A stretch of DNA of 63,254 bases, the filler included, from Pelomyxa schiedti (taxonomy: Eukaryota; Protista; Evosea): NCBI GenBank assembly GCA_020536535.1. It is 6 parts of 6 records of this genome, joined end to end, with 100 filler letters (N's around TTAATTAATTAA, not from the genome) between each part and the next. Parts side by side here need not be neighbours in the genome. Positions count along the whole stretch, not along the records: positions 37,028 to 63,254 come from JAHLWZ010000500.1; 5 more parts are not named here. One strand, written 5' to 3'. Within the stretch, counting starts at the first letter, position 1; every line of letters begins with the position of its first letter. Below, one piece after another: positions 38,467 to 52,522 of the stretch. The notes beneath the pieces were generated by a model. That model did not search any database. It had not been told where the DNA came from and saw nothing but the letters and a program-made list of their open reading frames with translations. The translations under genes were made by a program, and so were the position numbers.

Positions 38467-41400
38467 TCAGGATTGTGCCAAGAACACAAAGGCTTTCTGG
38501 TGGGCAAAACGAGGGATAACACAGAACTCCACTCTGCCAGGAAAAGGCCTTTGCTGGTATTGTAAGTATTAGAAAGATCATAACATGGACGAGAGCACAC
38601 CGTGGGAAAAACTTGCATGAAGTCCCTGTTAAATTGTTCTCCTGGCATGGGATAGCTGAATTCACAGGATGAGCACAGCAGGTAAATTTGTACGATGGCA
38701 ATGCAGGTTGTCCTGCAGGCTGGAAGGTTGAGTGACTGTTCCACACAAATCCCAAGTTCTTCATTGGTTTGAGCGTGTGCTGGCTTGGTGTCATTTCTCT
38801 CTTTCACAAGCTCCACACATTTGTCCCACATGTTTTTACATAGTATGGCTTGTTGCCTGGGATCTTTGCGTACAGAGGGCAGTACATCCAACGCGAAGTT
38901 GGTCAAGGTGGAATTAAAAAACTCCTTTGCCTGGATTATAACCTCATAGGCTGCTATAGAACCCGAGGCCCTAGATTTATTTGCCTTTTGAAGCTCAGCA
39001 GTTCCTGTGTTCTTTCTGGTTTTTATTGCACTTCGCACTTGCTCTTGAAGCATCATCGCATCTGTATTTTGCTTACATAATCCAACAATTGTGTTTGGTG
39101 AGTAGACTTTCTTGATGTTTCTGAGAACTGACTGCATTTCTTCAAGTTTTTGGGTCATGGTCTTGGTTGTGATTTCATCATCAGAACTAATCTGCTTCAG
39201 CTTGGACTCAACAGCTTCTACACTGTTGCCAAAGTTAATACTTGGATCACCGATTCTTTCAATCTGCCCCTGTGCCCACAATGAGAAAGCCATGGCTTTG
39301 GCCATGTAGTTGTGGAAGTTATCATTTGCAATCCCCCTGTTGAGACTCTTAGAAACTAAATGTCCTTTTTCAGTTTTCAGTGTATGAAGGTCATCTAATA
39401 ACTTCTTAACCTCCCGAAAGAGGTCTTGTGCCCTCTTTTTTCCAAAAAGACTAAGAAAGAGAAAAGTGATACAAATGAAACACACGTCAATATCACTGAA
39501 CTGAGCCTCCTTTAGCAAGGCAAACTGTGATTTGACGGATTTCCATTTATTGTGGTTTTCATTCTCCCAGTCCTTAACGACTTGAAGAAGCACTGCCTCC
39601 TGGGATAACAAGTTAAAACAAAAAGTCTTACAGTAAGACTACTTGAGCTTTAGCTTCTTGCAACGTAACAATATTAGCTGTTAAAGATGAGAGGCAACGT
39701 TGGCCCTTATTTGCCCAATCGAGTAGTGCTCTTGCAGTGGTAAAGAACTCTTTTTGTATACGGTCTGGTGTGGTTTGCCTTAAAAAACCGATTTGCAATT
39801 TTGGTGATAGGATCATAACCATACTTTTCCAATTCGGCACTTATAACTTGAAAGTAGCTGTACTCCAGTATTTCCATTTTCAACCAGGTACTTTCAATTT
39901 GCTTGGAACAGTGCAATGGAGGTTGGCGGTGTAATTGAGATTGAGCTTGTGTGATATCCCTTTCCAAATCAGCAATTTTCTCCTTTTGTGTTTGTTTGTG
40001 TCTCTTTGTTGCAAGGTAAATTGTATGCTTCCAATGCACCTCTTGAGCAGAACGAAGAGTATTGTCAAATTTTGGCGGGATTTTGAAGAACTTCATCTCT
40101 TTGCACACCCAGGCCTCAAGCTTTTTTTTTTTTTTTGTTAAGTAACAATAACTTTTTAATGATGATGGCCAATTTACCTCACAAGAGTTTTGGAAATTAG
40201 AGACAATCGCAGTCAAATAATTAACAGTGGGGTCTGATTCCAGTTTCAGATTGGCAACATGTGATTGCAAACTTGTAGCTTTTGAAGTTAACTGAGGATC
40301 CCATAAGGATGAAAAGAGTTTCAGCCCCAAATCTGGGTCTTCTGAGAGCCCACAAAACGCGTCTCTCTTTCTCATAAGATCTTGTTCAAGATCATTCGAA
40401 TCTCTAATTAGCTGCAGTTCTGTTTGGTGTCTCACTTTGATAGCTTCTACTCTTTTCTGAAGTCGTGACTGCTCCTGTCTGGCTGCCTCTATTTCCCGAC
40501 AAAGTACAGAAGTACTGAGTATTTCAGCAGGCATAGGGGCTGTACTGAATTTCAGTTTATCCACAGACATATCAAGAACTTCCGCACAACTACTTGTCAC
40601 TTTTTCAATTCCGGTTTCATATGACTTTTGTGTGCAATCAGAGAGCCTCTTTTCTAATTCAAGAGGCTCCTTTTCTGCCCACGCTTTAAAGTTAACTGTC
40701 CTGCCAAGAAGACGCAGTGTATTTCCCATTGCAGCCAGACTTGAATTCACCTCCTCCAGCTTGAGCGTGATCCCCTTGTTTCGTAATATTACATGGAAAT
40801 GGAATTTGCGTTTCAGTTACCAGCATATCATGGTAATTCTGACTCTCCAACTCTTGCTTCTGTAAAGACAATCTTTGGTATGTTGGATGTCTTTTACGGT
40901 ACTCCACCTCTAGTACTTTGACTGCCTCCTGTCTCAACAAAAAAAAAGAAAAGAAAAGGGTACAGAGGGAAGTGAACAGTAAGGTGTAGAAAGGGAGACC
41001 CGATACTATTGTTTACCTGTATATTATTGGAAGAAGAAGAGGCAAGCTTCTTAGAGGAGCTTGTAAACCAGCTAAGAAATGCATTGGTTTCTTTTAAGAA
41101 TATTTGCTGGTTTTCCTGGTTTTGTCTTTGCCTTTTCTCTTCATTATGAAGCAGAGTTGCATATCGTACTTCAGATTTTGTCATCTCATTCCAACTGTTC
41201 TCCATCACATCAGCCCTTTTCCTAAGCTGTGCAGAAAGTTGTGGGCAACCACCCTTCGAAAACTCTTGATGCAATGTATAGAGGCTACTTTGAAGTTGTT
41301 TTCGTTCCACATCTTTCCCAGATTTTTCTGCAGTGAAGCAATCTCTCTTGTTTATGAGAGACTGAATTCCAGTGAGAGTGTTATCATAATCTGTTCCTTT

Positions 41401-43606
41401 CTGGAAATATTGTGTCCAGTGTTGAATCCATCCAATAACCTGCAATATTGTCAGGAGTTAAAAAAACGGACTTGGTGAAGGATGTGGCAGCAATACAACC
41501 TTTTCCATGGATTTATGTGCATTCATTGCTTTGCCACACAGGAGGAGTGTTTCAGTGAATTTTGTCATCCATTGATCAGCGGCAGTCACTCGTGCCTTGG
41601 AAGCAGAATGTCGAAGCTTGTTCAGTTGTTCGTGGAGTGAGTGCAAATCAGATCGAAATGACGATGTAATTTGTTGGAGGTTCATGTCAGGCCGACTGGT
41701 GAGAATTTCAAACTCCTCGTATTTGCCTTGGAGCTTGCATTCAAGTTCTTTGTAATCCTTGGAAGACTGATACTCCGTCACATATTTTTGTTGCATGGAA
41801 TCGACTTTTTTACAAAAGGATTCATGCCCCTCATTCGCTGACTTCATTTCCAAAGAGATTAAATCTGTTGGTTCCGCCTTGAGCAATTCAAAGATTTCTG
41901 CTATTTCATTCAACTTCTTCTTTGATTCGGCGATGACCTCGGAACAACTTCTCTCCGCAAATTCTATGTCCGCTTCAACCTGCTTCTCATGGTGACGGAT
42001 CCTTTCTTCCAATTCTGAAGTTTCCCTCTGAATCCAAGCAGCAAACTGTGTTGTGCCTTCACGAAATTGCAGGGTTTTCTTCAACTGAGGAAAGTTTGCA
42101 CAAACAGCCTGATAAGTGGACTCGACTTTCTACGGAGGAAGTGAATCAAAAATACATAGACAAAAACAAATAAAAACATGCCTTGACACCTGGAAAACCT
42201 CCAACCGGACGCCGCTTTGACATTTCTTGGAAGAGTATTGTTAAAGAGTCCATTGTGCTAATCTAGAATGGATTGGATCAAAAGGCCACCATTCGCCAAT
42301 TGAAACTCACCTCCCCATGTGTGTCTGTCATGCGTCTCTTCGTTATACACAGCGGATGTTCACCAAATATAACAGCTCCTTCCAAGACAGATGACAAAGG
42401 AAAGTTCGGGTTACACACCTTCCTCTCTGGAGTTTGAAGGGCCGTTGTCATGATTCTGCGGAAGACTTCACAACGGCTGAGTCCACCAACGAGGTAAATT
42501 GCGCCGACGCGCACATCGCCAAGGTTGGGGATGATGTTGTTCAAGATGTGGTCGCTCGCGCGAGTCGCCTGCTCGACAATTTTATTCGTGAAAACGGATG
42601 CGTCCAGCCTGAGTCTGCTTGCTTGATAAGATTGGATCAAGGGGCTGTTGAAGTCAGAAATAAGACTGGCGAGCTTCGGCTTGCCCATTGCTTTGAGCGC
42701 GTCGTAGATGCAGCTCGCAGAGGCATTGATCCTTGTGGTAAGTGCATTCACACTGAGCTTCGCTGACTCGATTTCATCTTCCAGTTCGAGCCAATTGAGA
42801 TCCGCCTTCGCTCTTTCCAAGACATCGGAACCGAACACCTGTTGAAGAAAGCCAATGACAGTCTCGTTTACATAAGTGGACCCCCACGCACCGCCGCTGG
42901 GAGGATACAGTTCAACGAGTTCCGTTTCAGTCTCGCACTTGTGAACACCGATATCAACAGTGCCTCCCCCAGCATCCACGATGATGTAAGTGGATCCGAC
43001 TTCGAGCCCCAGGCTGTGTTTTATTGCAACCGAGGCCGCCTCGGGCTCCAAAGCGAGTGTAACGTCTTGAAGTCCGGCATTGGATGCGCATCTGACCATG
43101 AAAGACTTCGCGCCCTGGTCCCATATCGCTGGTACAGTCAGTATCCACTTGACGTTAGCCACCGTGGTTATGAATTCTCTGTTCATGTGTCCCAGCGCCA
43201 TTCCGACGATGTATTTTAAGACCCTGGAGATAACCAGTTCCAGGGGAAGGTGCACTTCTGGTTTGTTCACACATTCTATTTCGCGTGTGGCCGACGTTCC
43301 ATATATAAGTATCCTGAAGTTCCTGAAGTAATAAACTTCTTCGACTTGTGTGGGGTCTAAATTTTGCATGAAAACCCTTGCCTCCCGTCCGAACTTGATG
43401 GCTTCGTGTGGTTCCGTTGCATTAAGCACAACTTCGGTGGGTACTTTTTGTTGTCCTGATACCGTCTCAGGCCACTCGGCAAACACGATCTGCCCACTTC
43501 TGTTTCGTGCGTCACGAAAGGCGTAGCCACTGCACGCGGAACCCAAGTCAATGGCGCAACACACTGGTCGATCAACCGCTGAGGACTCCACGACAGCTGT
43601 ACACAT
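38467..43606 (-). CDS. Gene B: HSPA12-like ATPase domain + spectrin (alpha-actinin-type) repeats + C-terminal GrpE/Mieap-like domain
   Basis: Intronless NBD (AIDLGS, WILTVPAIW, ALEPEAA, VDAGGGTVD, SGGAWGS, VGGLS). A GTGAGT donor after ..TDTHGE splices in frame to W-containing helical repeats (LEAW..F...FDNTL..W..ME..Y...EL). The last exon encodes QRPFPGRVEFCVIPRFAHQKAFV. The gene model is hand-predicted. Confidence 0.8.
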
Positions 43607-44897
43607 AAAGAGAGACCGTCCCCTCCAGCCGATTTTTGGTACTTTTTCCCTTCTTTGGACCAAATAGGTTTTTCATCATCAGCTTAGGGTTATGGACAAG
43701 GAAAATCGCCAAGTTTCACGTGAAAAATCGGAAACCCAAGCAACGGTAGTTTGTAAACACTTCGAGTCCCGTTTCACACTCAACACAAGTGGTGCGGAGG
43801 AGTTACTGCACTAACTCTCCCAGTTCTCAGCTCACACACTTATGGTGGCTAGTTAATTAAAGTTTATTTTTATTTTTCTATCTTTAATGGTCTAGTTGTT
43901 ACAGCCAGGACTTGGCCATAAGCAGGCCTTGCAAACACCAGATTGTTTTGGCTTCTCTCCCCCAGCTTTAGCTATATTGCACGGAACTGTTTACCTTTTC
44001 ATGTGGACCTATGAAAAACTCTAATTTCTTCCCTAAAAGCTGCATAAAGGATTGACTTGGCGCACAGCATGAACAGGAAGGCAATGTATGTATGCCACTG
44101 TTTTTTTCCTTGTTTTGGGTACCACCAATGCCAAGTTCTAGGGCAGTGAGACTCCGCCTGCTTACTGACTGGGAAGTTTGGTCTTGCCTCTTTCTCTTCC
44201 TTTCGAAATTGTTCCTTATTGCTTGGAACTCGGTTTGTACCCACCATGGCCCCACTAACATGCCAGCAGATACCCGGACTGATGGAGCACTGCACTGACC
44301 AACAGCGCCACCTCAAAGTATGCTAATTCTGGCCTCCCTACCACTTTCTCCTGTGTGCGCCTCGCACCAGAGCCCCAGCAGCCCACCACACACAAAAAAA
44401 AGAAAAAAACAAGCTGAGGTTTGGGATCTTTGCATACAGAGGGCAGCTGAGGTTTTTCCCTGTTTGGCCCATTTGACACACGTCATCCACGCTGCGCATC
44501 ACCTCGTAGTGCCGGACGCGGGGAAAACCTCCACAACATGGGTGGGTCACTGACATCAGTTGCCGGGAGCAACACCTGCGAGTTAGTTTGTGACTGCGCT
44601 TGAGAGTGGGACCACTGAGACTGTGATGGTGAGTAGTAGAAGGAAAAGAAAGAGAAATCATTCCGAAATAAAGAATGATCTTTTCTTTTTCTTCACCAAA
44701 ACCCGCCATCTTTTTTTCGTTGAAACATCAACATTCTGATTGATGTCAGGATTTTGTCAGGAACACAACGGGCCCATTTTACGAAGGTTCACCATCGCTG
44801 GGACTGGAATAAAGTGATGTGGGAAAAAGTAGTGAAGCGTGGGAGAATTCTCTTTTATACCCATTCTTGGTCAACAGGCACCAGTAATTCTTCGCTA

Positions 44898-47800
44898 TCA
44901 GGATTGTGCCAAGAACACAAAGGCTTTCTGGTGGGCAAAACGAGGGATAACACAAAATTCCACGCTTCCAGGACGTGGATTTTGCTGTTAGAGCAAGTGT
45001 TAGCAAAAAAAAAAGGGCCAGCCACAAAGAGTTCTGGAGCACACCGTGGGAAACACTTGCATTGTGTCCTTGTTAAACAGTTCTCCTGGCATGGGGTAGC
45101 TGATTTCACTGGATGGCGAGCACAACAAGTAGATTTTTGCCGTAGCAATGCATGTGTTTCTGCAGGTATCAATTGGAAGGTTGAGGGACTGTGCAACAGT
45201 AATCCCAATTTCTTCAGTGCTTTGCGGGCGTTCTGGATTGGTGTCACTTCCCTCTTTCACAAGCTCCACACATTTGTCCCACATGTTTTTACATAGTATG
45301 GCTTGTTGCCTGGGATCTTTGCATACAGAGGGCAGTATGTCCAACGCGAAGTTGGTAAATGTTGCATTAAAAAACTCCTTTGCCTGGATTATAATCTCAT
45401 AGGGGGGGGTCAAAGGAGGGATAGAAGGGAGAGTTGTAGGAGGAGTATGCTGAGTTGGAGAGAAATTAGGTGCTGAAGTTGCAGATGGAGCAACTGGTGC
45501 CCTTGATGCAGATAGCCCTGGGCATGGCTCAGTGTGTCCACCAAGTCGTTGATATTCAGCCCTCAAGGCGTCATAACTTTGATGCAGAGATACAAGTTCT
45601 TGCTTGTATCTGCTGGTTTCTTCTTCATTTGCAGGTTGAATAATGCCCTATTAGTTTAGTTCAAATTAGGTGAAAATGATAAATCAGGTATAAAATGAAG
45701 GCTGGACCTTGGTTGGGCATTCAAGCATCTTATTCACGAATATCAGTGAGGATCTTAAATTCCACATGTCTTTGGAAGACTGGAAAGCTGTTATATTTTT
45801 ACTGGCATGGCTTATTTGTACCAGTTCTGTTATATTATTTGTCTGCGCAATGAAGTTCTTATTTAGTTTGATGTGTCCGTCAATAGCCTTCAAAAGAGCT
45901 AGATTTCTGTTTTCTATCCCATTTACTATGGCCATACTTTGTTGTTCTATGGAATCTGCAGTTAAGAGGCATTCAGTGGGTGCAATATGCATCTCATTTA
46001 TGAGAGCCCACTGCTTTTCAATGGCTTGCTTCCTCTCCTGCAATTGCTGCATTAATTCCTTCTTCTCTCTCTCTAGCTCTTCTTTGAGTCTCAGCAGCTC
46101 TTCTATACTACTATTCCTAAACATAGAAGCCCGCATGATCATGCACTTTGATTGTACCCACAGTACAAAGTTGAGGGCTGCAATATTTAAATCACCTAGA
46201 ATCTGCTCCTTTCTCTCCTCATTCCGTAGTGCAGCTTCCAATTTTTCTTTTTTGGTTTTTTTGTAATCGATAAGAGATTGCCATAGTCGAAGCATATCCG
46301 CAAAACCCGTTTGTATTTTCTGGAGGGTAAATAATGTGTAAGTACTGAATAAAATGTGGGATTGTTGTAACACAAACCGGGGAATCGAAAAAGTCGTTTG
46401 TGAGTAAATAAGTGGCATACTCCAAGAGGCATCGTAACGAAATCTCTTTGTTGATTCGCTCATTGCACTTCCAGAACTCAATAATCTGGTTTAATACAAA
46501 TGAGTGCCCAGAAGACCTATCAAATAGCAGCTACTCCTCCGGTCTACAAACCTGCACTTGGGCACCATGTAACGTGCTGACTGGGTCGAGTCTTGTGAGT
46601 GTGCCTTTGATCTCAGCACATGCAGCTTGGTGCTTTTTCATTTCTTTTGTGAATTTCTTCTCAACATCATCAAGTTTTCTTTGTCTGTTAAGGAAGTTCT
46701 TTTTGTGAGGCTATAATAAAAAGGATACACTTGTACCTTTCTAGTTCTGCTCCGAGTTTTGCAAAGTGTTCTTGCTCCGTAGTCTCCATCTCTGCCCATA
46801 GTTCTTCGACCACTGTGGGTTTGGATCTATCTGGAATATCAAATGACAGATGTGACAGTGATGTAAAGTAGGCATTCAGTTGAGACTTCTCTTCAGATTT
46901 ATGGATTTTTATTGTGATGTGCTGACTGTACACTTCTTCCAATTTTTGAGCACCTGATAATGTGTTGTCAAATTTAGCCCCCCTAAGCAACTTTAGCTCT
47001 GCTTTTATCCAGTCAATAACCTGGTATTAGCGGAAAAAATGAGACTAAAGAATTACAGATAAAAACGAATACCTTTGATGACAAGGAGCAGTATTCTGTT
47101 TGAATTTCCGTCTGCACACTATTTTTCAGCTGAAGGAATTTATTAGACAGTGAGTTGCTCTTTGCCTCAACTTCTCTACTTATGGTTTCTGTCTTCTTTG
47201 TGCTTGCTTGAATTCCAGTGTGCTGAGTATCCAATAAGTTTAGTTGTTTTTGGAAATCATCCAATTGTGTTCTCCATTTTTGGGCTTTCTTAACAAGGTC
47301 ACAGTGTGAGGACTCTGATGAGAATATTTTCTGATACTCCAAAAGAAGGTTCTCCAGCTTTGCTGCCTCCATTGAAAATAATCGGAACTTGTTTGCCAGT
47401 TGGAGCTCGGCGTCACCATTGCTCTTTCTTGTTTCCATTGCACTCTTTAGCTGTCCCTGGAGTTGTTCCACTTGGAGCCTTTGTTTACATAATTCATCAA
47501 TGGTGCGTGGTGGATAGACTGTCTTGATATTATTGAAATCCAATTGCATATCTTCAAGTTTTTTTGTCATCTCTGTGGCTGTCATTTCATCAAAGGAGCT
47601 AATCTGGTGCAACTTGGATTCAATGGCCTCTACCCCAGTTCCAAAGTTGAGACTTGACTCCCTAATGATCTCCATCTTTCCACGGACCCACTCAACAAAT
47701 GCAAAAGCTTTTGCCATATAGTTGTTGAAGTCATCTTTTGCAGTACCCTGTCTGAGATTTTTGGAAACTAGACGTCCCTTTTCATGTTGAAGTGCGTCAA

Positions 47801-50800
47801 GCTCATTGAGCAACTTGTCAACCTCCTTTAAAGTGTCATCTACCCTCTTTTTACCCATGAAAGTAAGAAGGTGAAAAGGAGAGGAAATTACACACCGCAA
47901 TATTTATGAAAGAACCACTCTTTAGCAGTGAAAAGTGTGAGTGTATTAGTGACAACTTGCTCTGGTTTTCAGTTTCCTCTTTTTGAACCCGAAGAAGCAT
48001 AGCCTCCTGGATAGGGTAAAGAAAAATGAAACACCAATGGAACAAACCTGATCTCTTGCATCTTTCAAAGTAGCCACGTCAGCTGTTATAGTTTGGAGAG
48101 CACTTTTACTCTTCTTTCCCCAATCAGATAGTGCCATAGCAGTGCCAAAGAATTCGCGTTGCTTATTGTCTAGGTTTGTTTGCCTTAAACGATTCGATTT
48201 ACAAAAAATTGATCGAAAGGAAAGTAGCCATTGCATACCGGGCCAATTCTGTGGTGATACTTTGAAAGTAGGCATTCTCCAGCTTTTCCATTTTTAACCA
48301 GACACTGTCAATTTGCTGTGAACACAGCAAAGGAGGGGAGTAGTGGAATTTCTCTTGGGCTTTTATGATAGACTTTTCTAAACCCACATAATTCTCCTTT
48401 AGTGTTTGTTTTGATCCCTTTATTGCCAGGTAGTCCTTGTGCTTCGCGTGTAATATTTGAACACAATAGAGTGTGTTGTCAAATATTGGTGCGATTTTGA
48501 AGAATTTGATCTTCTCAGACATCCAGGCCTCAAGCTTTTTTTTTTTTTTTTTTGGAAAAAGATGTATGGGTAATTTTGTCATTAAATGCTTATAGATGGC
48601 ACACTTCAGTAGACTTTTGTATATTAGAGACAACATCTGCCAAATAACGTGCCAATGCTGGGGCTGTCTTACTTTGGCACTTGGATGCAAGTGATTGCAA
48701 ACTTTTAGCTTTTGTATCTAATTGAGGCTCCCACAATTGTGAAATACGTCCGAGTTCTGTATCTTCTGTGAGCTTACAGAAGGTTTCTTTCTTTCTCATA
48801 AGTTCTTGTTCAAGCTCAGAAGAATCTCTGATAAACTGTAACTCTGTTTCGTATCTCTTTTGGATTGGTTCAACCCTTTTAGGTAATAATGTTTGCTCAA
48901 GTTTTACTTTCTCCATCTCCTGAGAAAGGGTAGTCATGGGCAGGGCCATTGGCTTGGCCAGAAATGTCTCATAGATTTGTTTCAGTTTATCACCAGAAGT
49001 GTCAAGGACTTGTGCACAACTATTTCTAACTTTCTCTATGCCACTATCATATGACTTATTGGTGCAATCAGAGAGCCTCTTTTCCAGCTCAACAGGTTCC
49101 TTTATTGCCCATACTTTGAAGTCAACTACCCCAATGAGGAACCGTAGTGCATTCCCCAATGCATCCATAGCTGCCTTCACCTCTTCCAGTTTGGATACAA
49201 CCAGCTTGTTTGTAAAAGTGACATTCAATGCAAATTGCATTTAGGTTACCTGTATATCATGATAATCCTGATGGGTCAAATCTTGTTTCTGCAAAGACAA
49301 ACCCTGTAAGGCAGGAAACTTTTTCCGGTATTCAGTTTGGATCACCTTGAGGGCATCCAGCTGTCTTGGCCAAAAAATGGCAGAGGTAAAGGTGAGATAA
49401 GGAAGGGGAGACATAACAGTGGTTGTCTAACCTGGGCTTCAAGTGACCCAGAAGGGGAGAGCCCAGAGGATTTTTTGCTCCAGGAGAGCAGAGCACTGGC
49501 GTCTTTGAAGAAAGTGCATTGTGTCGCGTCGATTTGTTTTTGCCTGTTCACTTGAAATGAGAAGGAAACCTTGTTTTGGAAATAAACCTTTCGATCTCTT
49601 GTTCCATTTGGGTAGTATATCCTCCTTCATATTTTATCATCTCATTCCAATTGTTCTCCATCACATCAGCCCTTTTCCTAAGCTGTGCAGAAAGTTGTGG
49701 GCAACCACCGTTCAAAAACTCTTGATGCAATGCATAGAGGCTACTTTGAAGTCGTTTTCGTTCCACATCTTTCCCAGATTTTTCTGCAGTGAACCCATCT
49801 CTCTTTTTTCTGAGAAACTGAATTCCAGTGAGAGTGTTATCATAATCTGTTCCTTTCTGGAAATATTGTGTCCAGTGTTGAATCCATCCAATAACCTGCA
49901 ATATTAACAGGAGTTAAAAAAACAAATTTGACAATGGTCCAACCTTTTCCATGGATTGGTGTGCATTCATTGCTTTGTCACACAGGAGGAGTGTTTCAGT
50001 GAATTTTGTTATCCATCGATCAGCGGCAGTCACTCGTGCCTTGGAAGCAGAATGTCGAAGCTTGTTCAGTTGTTCGTGGAGTGAGTGCAAATCAGATCGA
50101 AATGACGATGTAATTTGTTGGAGGTTCATGTCAGGCTGACTGGTGAGAATTTCAAACTCCTTGTATTTGCCTTGGAGCTTGCATTCAAGTTCTTTGCAAT
50201 CCTTGGAAGACTGATACCCCGTCACATATTTTTGTTGCATGGAATCGACTTTTTTACAAAAGGATCCATGCCCCTCATTCGCTGACTTCATTTCCAAAGC
50301 GATTATGTCTGTTGGTTCCGCCTTGAGCAACTCAAAGATTTCTGCTATTTCATTCAACTTCTTCTTTGATTCGGCGATGACCTCAGAACAACTTCTCTCC
50401 GCAAATTCTATGTCCGCTTCAACCTGCTTCTCATGGTGACGGATCCTTTCTTCCAATTCTGAAGTTTCCCTCTGAATCCAAGCAGCAAACTGTGTTGTGC
50501 CTTCACGAAATTGCAGGGTTTTCTTCAACTGAGAAAAGTTTGCACAAACAGCCTGATAAGTGGACTCGACTTTCTGTGGGAGGTAGGATTTAAGAAGAAA
50601 GAAGGACAAAGTAAAAGCATGCCACAATATCTGGAAACGATTCACTCTGAAGCTGATTCACCTTTTCCTGCAAGACAGGTATGACTAAAGACTCCTTAGT
50701 CTCAATCTAAAGTGGATTAGGGCCAGGGAGTTACGAGTTTTCAACTGAAATCAACCTCAGATGACACTTTACCCAAAGGTTCTGATGTTGATGTCCAGAT

Positions 50801-51829
50801 TTTTTCAAGAGATACTTTTTTGCACCACTCCCGAATCTTGTCTGCCATTTGGAAGAATTCTTTTTGGACCTCAACAAGTTGCTGTTGCCTTGTAGATAGT
50901 TTGAAAAAAGAAGGTTTGGAGGGAAGAAAGAAAACCTGGTCAAAATCTGGGAGTAATTTGCTTCCAGTGTTACCATGTTGACCCAACTTTCCTCAATGCT
51001 CTCTAAACGGCAAACTTCACATCTGGGGTACTTTGCTACTATTTCTGAAAGAGAAGCCACAAGCTGTTGTTTCAAGGCCTCCTTTTCACTTTCTCTCTTT
51101 GGTTTCTCCTTCAGGTATTTTGCATACTTACTGCATCGAAGCATTATTCCTTCAATAGTATTGGTGGTTGTTTCTGGTTTTGTTTGAAAATCCAACAGGT
51201 ATTCTTTCACCCATAGTGCAATCTTGAAATGATAGTGAAAATTTTATAATCACGGAAAAAAAAAACAGGCTCACGTCATCAGCTTTTGTGTTAAAGCTTT
51301 TCATTTCTTGCATATCTTTGACACATAGTGATATTTGGTCCTTCATTTTTACCGAAGTTTCTGATGCATCACCACAAGGAGTTTTCAGTTTATTCAGCTT
51401 GTCTTCTAGGACTGTCAAAGTTGCGGCTCGGCTTTTCAGAGACTCTAAATCTGTTATTTGTCCCAACTGTGGTCCTGGCGGCTCTGTCATTAATGAGAAG
51501 GTGTGGTCAATGTCCGTTCCTTCCTTGGTTATGTAGTCACTGACTTGTTGCAGTGCTTGAAAATATAGGGTTGTTTGAGCCGGATTAGCCGCCTTGGTTT
51601 TTGCTACTTCTTCCAAGGAGGCAATCTTTTCAGAAGTTAGGTGGAAACGCGAGAGAGAACGCACAATTGGCGCCAGGTGGTCACAATTCTCGATAGTTCT
51701 AGAAGTTATTTGCTGCAGGACATACATAGGGTCCTGCTGTGAACTAGAAAACTTAAAACCACAATGAAATTGCAATTTTGGCACACCTAAAATATACGCC
51801 CATTGCCATTCACTCTGGCCCTACCGAAT
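44898..51829 (-). CDS. Gene C: long spectrin-repeat protein with C-terminal GrpE/Mieap-like domain (5' end unresolved)
   Basis: Multi-exon paralog of gene B with extra repeats. It ends YEIIIQAKEFFN..NFALDILP..MWDKC..SYPMPGELFNKDTMQVFPT|QNPRPGSVEFCVIPRFAHQKAFV. Confidence 0.8.
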
Positions 51830-51929
51830 NNNNNNNNNNNNNNNNNNNNNNNNNNNNNNNNNNNNNNNNNNNNNNNNNNNNNNNNNNNNNNNNNNNNNNN
51901 NNNNNNNNNNNNNNNNNNNNNNNNNNNNN

Positions 51930-52378
51930 GCCACCGTGGTTATGAATTCTCTGTTCATGTGTCCCAGCGCCATTCCGACGATGTATTTTAAGACCCTGGA
52001 GATAACCAGTTCCAGGGGAAGGTGCACTTCTGGTTTGTTCACACATTCTAGTTCGCGTGTGGCCGAAGTTCCATACAGATGCATCTTGAGCCTGTTGAAG
52101 TAAAGAACTGTGTCGACTTGTGTGGGGTCTAAATTTCGCATGAAAACCCTTGCCTCCTGTCCGAACTTGATGACTTCGTGTGGTTCCGTTGCATTAAGCA
52201 CAATCTCGGTGGGTGCTTTTGGCAGTCTACCAAATCCGAGAGCCGTCTCGGGCCAGTCGGGAAATACGATCTGACCGCTCCGATTGCGTGAATCACGGAA
52301 CGCGTAGCCTGTACATGCGGTACCAAAGTCTATAGCACAACGCACGTGTCGATCAGCAACTGGCGGCGCCGCAGCCAT
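51930..52378 (-). CDS. HSPA12-like Hsp70 N-terminus (probably the 5' part of gene A)
   Basis: CAIDFGTACTGYAF, KAPTEIVL, FGQEA and LKMHLY motifs; 51930-52050 is identical to 43158-43278. Confidence 0.88.
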
Positions 52379-52522
52379 CGGGTGAAAAAAAAACAAACGC
52401 AGTTAGTTCAGCTGAATCAACTGGTGATTTAGCACTTGCCGGACCTGCCCAACTTGGGGGATGGGCCCGTTTTGGGACACAACCAAAACTACAAAAACCA
52501 AAAAAGAAAACCACGAAGCTAC

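Noticed and set aside
42130-42181. Conserved GC-AG intron in B and C (also 50574-50622)
   Set aside because: In-frame GT donors exist 3-6 nt upstream in both genes, so this cannot be decided without cDNA.
43968-44709. Short ORFs between genes B and C
   Set aside because: They have no recognisable motif or consistent exon structure.
44898-52378. Reading the 52378 Hsp70 N-terminus as the 5' end of spectrin gene C
   Set aside because: The two are joined only across a gap. Overlaps link 51930 to the collapsed NBD and gene A, and 51829 to the window end.
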